Part shown: piece by piece, positions 28,818 to 36,988 of the stretch | How the letters are laid out: every line of letters starts with the position of its first letter | How positions within the stretch are numbered: the first letter of the stretch is position 1 | Source: an uncultured bacterium | Lineage (GTDB): Bacteria; Auribacterota; Erginobacteria; Erginobacterales; CAZKCI01 | DNA: 64,000 bases | Assembly (NCBI GenBank): GCA_964584165.1 | Contig: CAZOYW010000001.1 | Location: 45,730 to 109,729 of the forward strand | Direction of reading: 5' to 3' | Made by a program: the position numbers and the translations under genes | The notes under the pieces: generated by a model | What the model saw: only the letters and a program-made list of their open reading frames with translations | Told to the model about the DNA's origin: nothing | Databases searched by the model: none

Positions 28818-30227
28818 ATGCTCACCGCGAAGGAATACTACCGCGATCCCGAGGTCCAGGAGCGCATCGCCGAGTATTGCGGCGGGACCGCCCGGGAGCC
28901 GGAGCTCTGCACCGCGGAATACCTCGTCGGATACGGGGAGGCCCTGATCGGAACGCCCGCCCCCGAGCCCTACGTTTCCCGGCCCAAGTCCGGCTTCCAC
29001 TACATCCTGGGGCGGGGGCTCGACATCTTCCGCTCCCTCTGGGACCGGGTCCACACCCTGGGCGTCCTCGACATCGAGTATTTCAACAAGGACTACCCGG
29101 GCGAGATCTACTACGATCCGTCCGGTGTCTTCCGCCGCCTGGAGCCGGTTTACGAGGCGATCAAGAAGATCTACCGCGGCTACGGCATCCAGCCCCTGGT
29201 CCTGACCACCGGCCAGGGCTACCACTTCTCCTTCCAGATCCAGTCCGGGACCAAGACCGACCTGATGCTGGAGGACGCCGGCCGCCTGATCGATTCCCTG
29301 GAGGGGAAATACCGCGCCGCCTCCGCGAAGCGCCCGAGCAAGGTCTCCGTCCGCCACGGCAAATCCTTCGACGGGATGGGGCGGGTGATGGAGTTCATCG
29401 CCCACCGGATCATCCGGGAAGCCGGGGAGGCCGCCGACCTCCCCCTGGTGATCACCGACGTGGCGGTCGGCCCGGGGCGCAAGGGCCGGGAGGCGATCTC
29501 CCTCGATCTCTCCTGCTTCGGCGACCCCGTCTACATGCGGGACCTTCGCTGCGCCTTCTCCACCCACCAGAAGCACAAGGTCCAGGTCTACAAGGTCGGG
29601 GAGGCGATCGCCCGCTCCATCCCGGTCCAGGTGGCCATCCCCCGGGGCAAGCTCGCCCTCGACGAAGTCCTCCACCTCCGCCGCCACTTCCGCCACAGCG
29701 CCGACTATGCCCGCGACGTCTATTGCTTCATCCCCGACTTCACCGTCAACTTCAAGAAGGTGATCGCCGATTACCTGGAGTCGAAGCTCCACCGCTTCCA
29801 CGCGTGGTACGACAGCGTCACCCAGGACCACTGGACGGTCTGGGACAAAACCTACCGCGCCTTCGACCTCCGGGCGGTCCCCCCCTGCGTCCGCCACTCG
29901 CTCGAAGTTCCCAACGACCATCTCCTGAAACCCACCAACCTCCAGACCCTGACCCGCTGCCTGCTCGCCCTCGGCTGGCACCCCCAGCACATCGCGGGGC
30001 TGGTCCGCTCCCGCTGGGAGGGCCCCTACGACTGGGGCGACCAGTGGAAGCAGTTCGACGCCGGTTCGCGCTCCTCCTTCTACGTGCGGATGTTCGCGGG
30101 GCTGCTCGCCGACGGGACCGACGGGATGGTGGACCACAACTGCGTCTCCCACCAGCAGAAGGGGTATTGCTGGCGGCCGAACTGCGGTTACAGCCTGGGC
30201 AACTACCGGTGGGACGGAAAGTTCTGA
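28818..30227 (+). CDS. Putative AEP primase-polymerase fused to a 4-Cys PriL-CTD-like domain (paralog 1)
   Basis: GGAGG RBS; LDIEYFN, LTTGQGYHF, LDLSCFGD...RCAFSTHQK; PPC...NCVSH..KGYC...C. The CDS is certain; the function is inferred. Confidence 0.65.
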   Translation: MLTAKEYYRDPEVQERIAEYCGGTAREPELCTAEYLVGYGEALIGTPAPEPYVSRPKSGFHYILGRGLDIFRSLWDRVHTLGVLDIEYFNKDYPGEIYYDPSGVFRRLEPVYEAIKKIYRGYGIQPLVLTTGQGYHFSFQIQSGTKTDLMLEDAGRLIDSLEGKYRAASAKRPSKVSVRHGKSFDGMGRVMEFIAHRIIREAGEAADLPLVITDVAVGPGRKGREAISLDLSCFGDPVYMRDLRCAFSTHQKHKVQVYKVGEAIARSIPVQVAIPRGKLALDEVLHLRRHFRHSADYARDVYCFIPDFTVNFKKVIADYLESKLHRFHAWYDSVTQDHWTVWDKTYRAFDLRAVPPCVRHSLEVPNDHLLKPTNLQTLTRCLLALGWHPQHIAGLVRSRWEGPYDWGDQWKQFDAGSRSSFYVRMFAGLLADGTDGMVDHNCVSHQQKGYCWRPNCGYSLGNYRWDGKF

Positions 30228-30240
30228 CCGAGAGTCGATA

Positions 30241-30345
30241 GGGAAGGGTTAGGAAGTGGGTCTGGAGAATGGGTTAGGGTCAGGTGGGGCTGGCTAGACC
30301 ATCAACCTCACCCACCGACCAGACCAATATCCTCACCCTCACCCA
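30241..30345. repeat. Family J element between the two AEP-like paralogs
   Basis: Reverse complement of about 30305-30345 matches 5311-5351 with about 6 mismatches. Confidence 0.75.
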
Positions 30346-30361
30346 TCAACCATCTTTTACC

Positions 30362-31804
30362 ATGTCTATCCCCGTCGTCTCCGATTCCGAGCGGAAGGCC
30401 GTCCGCGACTACTACCGCTCGCCCGCCGTCCGCGAGCGGATACTCGATTTCTGCGGCGGCAGCGAGCCCTCCTGCGAATACTGGGTCGGCTTCGGCGAAA
30501 CCCTCGTCCGGCGGGGCTATCTCCGCCCGATCCGCGTGGTCGAGACCTGGGACGGCCTCCAGGAACTGATGGCCGACGCCCTCGACCTCAACCGGTCGGT
30601 CTGGGACCGCGGGGCGACGCTCGCCGTCTGGGACGTGGAGTATTTCAACCTCGACACCTGGGACGGCCTCTACCGGAACCAGAACGAATACTTCGGCCTG
30701 ATGGAGCCGACCTACCGGGCGATCGAGAACCTCTTCCGGAGCTACTCGCTGCCCCACCTCAACGACTCCACCGCCTCCGGCTACCACTTCGTCTCCCGGA
30801 TCCCCTTCTCCTCGCCCGTCCACGCCCGCCTGGAGAGGATCGGGACGCTGGAGCGGAGCCTTCTCGACAAGTATGCCTTCGTCCCCGGCGGGGACAACAA
30901 GCGCAAGCGGGCGGTCTCCGAGCGGGACGGGCGCGGCTACAGCGCGGTCGGCCGCTTGACCGAGTTTCTCTGCCACCGGGTGATCGAGAAGGCCCGGGAG
31001 AAGAGCGAGCTCTCGATCACCATCTCCGACACCGCCCGGGGACGGGGGCCGCGCGGGCGGGAGGGGATGAACCTGGATATCACCCAGTACGGCGACCCCC
31101 TCTTCATGCGGACCATCCGCACCTCCTTCTCCACCCACCAGAAGCACAAGGTCTACGTCGGCAAGGTCAGCCTGGAGACCGCCCGCGCCCTCCCCTTCTT
31201 CGCCGCCGTCCCCCGGGGGCGCCTCTCCTACCGGGACCTATTCGAGATCCGGCGGGACCTCCGGGAGGCCGCCCGCTACGCCCGGACGGCGCAATCCTCC
31301 GTCCCCGACGGCGCGGCCGGCTGGGGGAAGATCCTGGACGACTACCTCGCCTCCCCGCTCTACGCCTTCCACCGGGAATTCGACTCGGTCGAGATCGATT
31401 CCCCCCATCGCTGGGGGGAGACCTACTGGAAGACCGACCTGGGGGCGCTCCCGGCCTGCGTCGCCGGAGCTCTCCGCAACCCCGCCTGGGGCCTCCTCGT
31501 CCCGACCAGCATCCAGACGGTCTGCCGAGTCCTGATGTCCCGGGGCTGGCATCCCAAGCACATCGGGGGGCTGATCTATTCCCACTACACCCGGAACCAC
31601 GACTGGGGGATCGACTGGACCAAGTACCACGCCGAGACCCGCGCCAACTTCTGGGCCCGCGTTTACTGCGGGCTCATCGCCACCGGGATCGACACCCTCG
31701 ACGACTTCAACTGCGTCTCCCACACCGAAAAGGGCTTCTGCCCTTCCCCCTGGTGCGGCCACAACCTCTCCGAATGCCGCGACGCGCTGCTCAAACGCCT
31801 CTGA
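30362..31804 (+). CDS. Putative AEP primase-polymerase fused to a 4-Cys PriL-CTD-like domain (paralog 2)
   Basis: WDVEYFN, STASGYHF, LDITQYGD...RTSFSTHQK; PAC...NCVSH..KGFC...C; colinear with paralog 1. Confidence 0.65.
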   Translation: MSIPVVSDSERKAVRDYYRSPAVRERILDFCGGSEPSCEYWVGFGETLVRRGYLRPIRVVETWDGLQELMADALDLNRSVWDRGATLAVWDVEYFNLDTWDGLYRNQNEYFGLMEPTYRAIENLFRSYSLPHLNDSTASGYHFVSRIPFSSPVHARLERIGTLERSLLDKYAFVPGGDNKRKRAVSERDGRGYSAVGRLTEFLCHRVIEKAREKSELSITISDTARGRGPRGREGMNLDITQYGDPLFMRTIRTSFSTHQKHKVYVGKVSLETARALPFFAAVPRGRLSYRDLFEIRRDLREAARYARTAQSSVPDGAAGWGKILDDYLASPLYAFHREFDSVEIDSPHRWGETYWKTDLGALPACVAGALRNPAWGLLVPTSIQTVCRVLMSRGWHPKHIGGLIYSHYTRNHDWGIDWTKYHAETRANFWARVYCGLIATGIDTLDDFNCVSHTEKGFCPSPWCGHNLSECRDALLKRL

Positions 31805-31811
31805 CGGCTGT

Positions 31812-31889
31812 TTAACCGCGAATTCACGCGAATAACGCGCGAATGAGACCGGTAGATTCGCGCTTGATTCGCGCCTATTCGCGGTTCAA
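31812..31889. repeat. Family C (AACCGCGAAT..CGCGAAT) inverted element
   Basis: Left arm is 32/33 identical to 44064-44096; relatives at 33070-33262, 33893-33970, 42836-42946, 47441-47525 and 48896-48936. Confidence 0.88.
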
Positions 31890-32098
31890 TGTTGGTGCGC
31901 GGGGACGGCGAGATTCCGTAGCCGCGGACCTTGAGGTCCGCGGGCCGGGCGTAGCTTCGCGTATATGGGAGCGGCATCCTTGCCGGTGGCCCCGCGGTTT
32001 AAGCTCCTCATCGGTCCGATCCGTCGGATCCGACTGATCCGTCCGATCGGAGCGGTTGTTATTTGCGTCGGGGCGTGGCGCGTGCTATTTGTTTAGTT

Positions 32099-33052
32099 AT
32101 GTCGGAAAGGCGGCAAATCTCGTCGCTCGCTCCCTCCGGTCCCCTGGACCGCCGCCGCTTCTTGAAGCTCCTCGCCGCGGCGGGGTTGCTCTCCTCCCCC
32201 CTCGCCCGCCTCCTCGCGGCCCTTCCGGCCGCGCCGGACGCGGAGGGCGCGCCCGCCGACCTCTTCGTCGTCTCCGGCCGGGACTATCCCCGGCTGGTCC
32301 GGGAAGCGCTCGCCCGCCTCGGCTTCCCCGGCCGCTTCCTGAAGCCGGGGATGAAGGTGGTGATCAAGCCCAATGCCGCCTGGTCCCGGACGCCCGAGCA
32401 GGCCGCGACCACCCACCCCCTGATCGTCGCCGAGGTCGTCAAGGCCTGCCTCGAGGCGGGGGCGAAGGACCCCGTGGTGGCGGAAAATCCCTGCGACAAC
32501 CACCAGTCCTGCTTCCGCGTCTCCGGGATCAAGGCGGCGGCGGAGCAGGCGGGGGCGAGAATGATCGCTCTGGCCGAGGCGGACGAATTCGTCCCGGTGG
32601 TCCTGCCCGGGGCGAAGAAGCTCCGGAAGACCGCGATCGCGCGGCGGATCCTCGAGGCCGATCTCCTGATCAACCTGCCGATCGCGAAGGTCCACAGCGC
32701 GGCGAAGCTGACCCTGGCGATGAAGAACCACATGGGGGCGGTGGAGGATCGCTTCGCCTTCCACAAGCTCGACCTCCACCAGTGCATCGCCGACCTCTGC
32801 ACGCGCCTCACCCCCCAGATCAACCTCCTCGACTGCACTCGCGTCCTTCTCACCCGGGGTCCGAAGGGGCCGGGGCAGGTCAAGGTCCTCGACCGGATCG
32901 TGGCCGGGACCGACCAGGTCGCCGTCGATTCCTTCGCCGCCGGATACTTCGGGCTGAAGCCCGCCGACCTCGGCTACCTCGTCGCCGCGAGAGAGATGGG
33001 GCTGGGGAAGACGGACCTCGGCGCGATCCGGGTGAAGGAGATCGCCGTCTAA
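32099..33052 (+). CDS. DUF362-family protein with Tat signal
   Basis: DRRRFLKL; VIKPN...TTHP; INLPIAKVH...LAMKN; DQVAVD. Confidence 0.9.
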   Translation: MSERRQISSLAPSGPLDRRRFLKLLAAAGLLSSPLARLLAALPAAPDAEGAPADLFVVSGRDYPRLVREALARLGFPGRFLKPGMKVVIKPNAAWSRTPEQAATTHPLIVAEVVKACLEAGAKDPVVAENPCDNHQSCFRVSGIKAAAEQAGARMIALAEADEFVPVVLPGAKKLRKTAIARRILEADLLINLPIAKVHSAAKLTLAMKNHMGAVEDRFAFHKLDLHQCIADLCTRLTPQINLLDCTRVLLTRGPKGPGQVKVLDRIVAGTDQVAVDSFAAGYFGLKPADLGYLVAAREMGLGKTDLGAIRVKEIAV

Positions 33053-33069
33053 CCGGCTTGGCTGGGCAA

Positions 33070-33262
33070 AATTAACTACGAATTACGCGAATTTCGCGAA
33101 TTGGGCCCGGCGAAACCGGATCGCGGCCCCGAGTGGATTCTTGGGATGCGGGGCAAGCGGGGACGCTGCTCCCACGGGCAGATAGTATAGACACGTCATC
33201 GCGAGGAGCTTCAGCGACGAAGCAATCTCAATTCGCGGAATTCGAGAAATTCGTAGTTAATT
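33070..33262. mobile_element. MITE-like element with 33-bp terminal inverted repeats (family C)
   Basis: 33070-33102 versus the reverse complement of 33230-33262: 3 mismatches; no ORF inside; mobility not shown. Confidence 0.55.
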
Positions 33263-33281
33263 ATTTTTGCCCGCCGAGACC

Positions 33282-34676
33282 ATGAGCAAGCCATTCGCGG
33301 TTGTCGGAAAAATCCTCGTCATCGCCGCCTGGGCGGCCGCTTTTTCACTGATGTTTTGGGCGGCGGTCATCCCCGCCCTCCTCCAGAACCTCTCCCCCGG
33401 AGGCATCCCCTCCTCCCTTCGCCATCCCCTCTTCTGGTTCCTCGCCCTTTCGCTCCCCCTGATCGCGCTCGCCTGGTTCCGGGGCCGCTTCTTCTGCTGG
33501 CGGATCTGCCCGGTCGGCTTGCTCCAGGACCTCTTCCCTTCGCGCGGACGGGCCGGGGCGGATCCTCGCAACTTAGCCGTCTTCCTCTTCCTCCTCGGCT
33601 TCGCCATCACCGGAGCAAACCTCCTCATCGCCTTCGACCCCCTGGTGATCTTCAACCGCGCGATGAGCTCGGCCGGCATGCGCGGTCCGCGGGCTTGGAT
33701 CTTCATCTTCCCCCTCTTCACCGTCCTCGCGCTGAGCCTCTGGCGAAAGAGATTCTGGTGCTTCAAGCTCTGCCCGCTCGGCGCCTTCTTCGACTGGGTT
33801 ATCCAGCTGAGAAGGCGCCGGGGCCGGAGATGGTTTCTGTGGGAGCGGCATTCTTGCCGCGATCGATGCTCGCCTGGATCGCGACCTAAAAATAAACCGC
33901 GAATCTCGCGAATTCTCGCGAATCTCTTTGGCCGCCAGACCAACCCCATTCGTGAAGATTCGCGGTTAAAAGGGCCGGGCCAAGCCGAAGCCGATCCGGG
34001 CCATCCGGCATCGCGGCCGGAATGCCGCTCCCGCCAAGCCCCGGACCCGGGGCGGAGAAACTTCCTGCTCCTCCTGGGGGGAGGCTTGGCCGGAGGACTG
34101 GCCTGGAGGCGCCTGAACCGGCGCGGCGGCCGGATCGACCCGCGGATCATCCGCCCGCCGGGAGCCCTCCCCGAGGACGAGTTCACCGAAACCTGCGTCC
34201 GTTGCGGGGCCTGCCTCGCGGTCTGCCTGACCAAGACCCTGGCGCCCACGATCGCGGGGGCGGGCTGGGAAGGCTTCCTGACGCCGCGGCTCGTCCCGCG
34301 GATCGGCGAGTGCGACGAGTTTTGCAACCGCTGCGGCCAGTCCTGCCCGACCCAGGCGATCCGGGGGATGCCGCTCGCGGCCAAGCGGATGGCCAAGCTC
34401 GGAACCGCCCGCGTGGCCAAGGAGCGCTGCCTCGCCTGGGCCTACGACAAGCACTGCCTGGTCTGCCAGGAGTTCTGCCCCTACCTCGCGATCCGGACGC
34501 TGAAGAACGAAAACGGCACCGACTCGCCGGAGGTCATCGCCGAACGCTGCCGGGGCTGCGGCATCTGCGAGAAGAAATGCCGCTCCGACCCCAGCCCGGC
34601 GATCCTGGTCTACAACGACGGGGCGGGGACAGACGCCAGCGACCCCCCGACGGAGGGGACAGTGACCAGTGACTGA
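33282..34676 (+). CDS. Membrane 4Fe-4S polyferredoxin (NapH-like plus NapF/MauM-like fusion)
   Basis: GRFFCWRICPVG and RFWCFKLCPLG; IRPPGA; CVRCGAC, CDEFCNRC, CLVCQEFC, CRGCGICE. Confidence 0.88.
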   Translation: MSKPFAVVGKILVIAAWAAAFSLMFWAAVIPALLQNLSPGGIPSSLRHPLFWFLALSLPLIALAWFRGRFFCWRICPVGLLQDLFPSRGRAGADPRNLAVFLFLLGFAITGANLLIAFDPLVIFNRAMSSAGMRGPRAWIFIFPLFTVLALSLWRKRFWCFKLCPLGAFFDWVIQLRRRRGRRWFLWERHSCRDRCSPGSRPKNKPRISRILANLFGRQTNPIREDSRLKGPGQAEADPGHPASRPECRSRQAPDPGRRNFLLLLGGGLAGGLAWRRLNRRGGRIDPRIIRPPGALPEDEFTETCVRCGACLAVCLTKTLAPTIAGAGWEGFLTPRLVPRIGECDEFCNRCGQSCPTQAIRGMPLAAKRMAKLGTARVAKERCLAWAYDKHCLVCQEFCPYLAIRTLKNENGTDSPEVIAERCRGCGICEKKCRSDPSPAILVYNDGAGTDASDPPTEGTVTSD

Positions 34677-34786
34677 AAAAGAAACGATCGGTTACTGATG
34701 ACTGATCCCTTCTTCTGCTACTGATTTTGTGGGAGGGGCGTCTCGCCCCGATCCGTTGTTAGCCAGGCCGGCGGGGGCTCGGCATT

Positions 34787-34872
34787 TTCAACAGACGATT
34801 GAATGGGATGGAATAGGATACTGATGGCCAGCCAGGCCCATCCTATTCAATCCTATTCAATCGTCTGTTAAA
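34787..34872. repeat. About 31-bp inverted repeat downstream of truA and the polyferredoxin gene
   Basis: AACAGACGATTGAATGGGATGGAATAGGAT / ATCCTATTCAATCCTATTCAATCGTCTGTT. Confidence 0.85.
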
Positions 34873-34903
34873 TTCTTTGGCCAAGCCAGCCAGTCTTTTC
34901 GCC

Positions 34904-35638
34904 TCAGTAGATCACCTTCACCAGATAGAGCCCCCGGGCCGGGGCGGTGGGACCGGCGCGGGTCCGGTCCCGGGAGGCGAGGATGTCTCCGACCGCGGCG
35001 GGCGGGATCTTCCCCTGCCCCGCCAGGACCAGCGTCCCGACGATGTTCCTCACCATCTTGTAGAGGAAACCGTCGGCCTCGATCTCGAACTCCACCCCTT
35101 CCCCTTTCCGGCGGATCGCGATCCGCTTGATCGAGCGCGTCTTGTCCCGAACCGACCCGCCCGCGGAGGCGAAGGCGGAAAAATCGCGGCGGCCGAGGAG
35201 GGGGGCGGCGGCGAGCTTCATCGCCCGCAGGTTCAGGGGGCCCGCCAAGCGCCAGGCCCGGTCGCGCAGGAGCGCGCTCCGGGCGGGGCGGACGAGGACG
35301 AGGTAGCGGTAGACCTTTCCCCGGGAGGAGAAGCGGGCGTGGAAATCGTCCGGCGCCTCCTCCGCCGCAAGGACCGCGACATCCGGCGGAAGATGGGCGT
35401 TCGCCCCGGCGCGAATCTTTCCCGGGGGAATCGGGCGGGAGGTCAGGAAATGGGCAACCTGCGCGAGGGCGTGGGCGCCCGCGTCGGTCCGCCCCGCCCC
35501 GTGGACGCGGACCTTCCGGCCGAGGAGCTTCCGGAGCGCCGCCTCGACCGCGCCCTGGACCGTCTCCGCGTTCTCCTGCAGCTGCCAGCCGGCGTAGCGC
35601 GTCCCGTCGTATTCCAGGGTGATCCGGATCTTCCTCAT
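34904..35638 (-). CDS. truA: tRNA pseudouridine(38-40) synthase
   Basis: EYDGTRYAGWQ; GAGRTDAGAHA; FLYKMVRNIVG. Confidence 0.97.
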   Translation of the reverse strand: MRKIRITLEYDGTRYAGWQLQENAETVQGAVEAALRKLLGRKVRVHGAGRTDAGAHALAQVAHFLTSRPIPPGKIRAGANAHLPPDVAVLAAEEAPDDFHARFSSRGKVYRYLVLVRPARSALLRDRAWRLAGPLNLRAMKLAAAPLLGRRDFSAFASAGGSVRDKTRSIKRIAIRRKGEGVEFEIEADGFLYKMVRNIVGTLVLAGQGKIPPAAVGDILASRDRTRAGPTAPARGLYLVKVIY

Positions 35639-35711
35639 AACTTGTCCCGGATGATACTACGATCCGGGACAAGTTAGATCAGGGAAATGGGGAAGAGGAG
35701 TCTTTAACGCT

Positions 35712-35809
35712 TGTGGGAGCGGCGTCCCCGCCTGCCCCGATTACTATTCCCTAATGCAATAATCGGGGCCGCGATCCGAGCCGGATCGGGGCAAGATGCC
35801 CCTCCCACA
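35712..35809. repeat. REP-like doublet (YGTGGGAG-hairpin-GATC, family P)
   Basis: Forward copy at 35712 and reverse copy ending at 35809. Confidence 0.8.
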
Positions 35810-35821
35810 GCAACAACCTTC

Positions 35822-36838
35822 TCAGACTAACCCGTCCGCGATCATCCGCTCGGCGATCTGGACCACGTTGGAGGCCGCTCCCTTGCGGATGTTGTCGGCG
35901 ACGACCCAGAGGTGGAGGCCGTTCTTCGCGTAGGGGTCCGCGCGGATCCTGCCCACGAAGACTTCGTCCCTCCCGTCCGCGGAGAGCGGCATGGGGTAGA
36001 GCTTCTTCGCGGGATCGTCCATCAGGACGACGCCGGGGGCGGCGGCGAGGATCTCTCTCGCCGCCCCGACGGAGAGGGGCTGCTCGGTCTCGAGATACAC
36101 CGCCTCGGAATGGACGTTGAAGACCGGGACGCGGATGGTGGTGGCGGAGACCTCTATGGAGTCGTCGTGGAGGATCTTCTTCGTCTCCCGGTCCATCTTC
36201 CACTCCTCGGTGGTGAAGTCGAGCTTCTCGAAGGAACCGATCTGGGGGATGAGGTTGAAGGCGATCCGGTAGGGGTAGGCGGAGGGGGCGAACTCCCTCT
36301 CCCCGGCAAGATAGCGCGGGGCCTGCTCCTTGAGCTCCTTGATCGCCTCCCGCCCCGTCCCGGAGACCGCCTGGTACGTGGCGACGATGACCCGCCTGAT
36401 CCTCGCCGTCCGGTGGAGGGGGGCGAGCGCCATCACCATCTGGATGGTGGAGCAGTTGGGATTGGCGATGATCCCGGAGTGCTTCGCGATGTCCTCCGGA
36501 TTGATCTCGGGCACCACCAGGGGGACGGCGGGGTCCATCCGGAAGTCGGCGCCGTTGTCGATGGAGACCGCGCCCCGCTTCTTCGCCTCCGGGTAGAAGG
36601 TGACGGCCGCGCCCTTCTCCCCCTCGGTCCCCGCGAAGAAGGCAAACTGCGCCCCGGCGAACTCCTCGGGGGCGGCCGCCTTGACCGCGTATTTCACGCC
36701 GTCCACGGCGATCTCGCGCGCGCTGCGCGCGAGGACGGTGAGCTTGCCCACCGGGAAGCGGCGCTGGCGGAGGACCTTGAGCATCTCCTCCCCGACCGCC
36801 CCGACGCCGACGACGACGACGTTGAATTTATGAGACAT
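35822..36838 (-). CDS. asd: Aspartate-semialdehyde dehydrogenase
   Basis: VGVGAVG; IANPNCST; YQAVSGTG; ADNIRKGAA. Confidence 0.97.
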   Translation of the reverse strand: MSHKFNVVVVGVGAVGEEMLKVLRQRRFPVGKLTVLARSAREIAVDGVKYAVKAAAPEEFAGAQFAFFAGTEGEKGAAVTFYPEAKKRGAVSIDNGADFRMDPAVPLVVPEINPEDIAKHSGIIANPNCSTIQMVMALAPLHRTARIRRVIVATYQAVSGTGREAIKELKEQAPRYLAGEREFAPSAYPYRIAFNLIPQIGSFEKLDFTTEEWKMDRETKKILHDDSIEVSATTIRVPVFNVHSEAVYLETEQPLSVGAAREILAAAPGVVLMDDPAKKLYPMPLSADGRDEVFVGRIRADPYAKNGLHLWVVADNIRKGAASNVVQIAERMIADGLV

Positions 36839-36882
36839 ATCTTTCTCCTGTTCGGGGAGGACCGCTGAAAAAGTGGGATACC

Positions 36883-36988
36883 GGAGTAATGGAGTGATGG
36901 AGTATTGGAGTAATGGATAGAAGCAAGATCATCCTCTCTTCACAGCCCAATACTCCAGTACTCCGATACTCCATTACTCCCCTACTCC
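36883..36988. repeat. Octamer GGAGTRWT / nnTACTCC tandem arrays in inverted arrangement
   Basis: 4 left and 5 right units between leuB and asd. Confidence 0.88.

Noticed and set aside
28818-31804. AEP-like pair as standard LigD/NHEJ or CRISPR-associated CAPP
   Set aside because: No Ku, ligase, phosphoesterase, TPR or cas genes; only the motif resemblance is retained.
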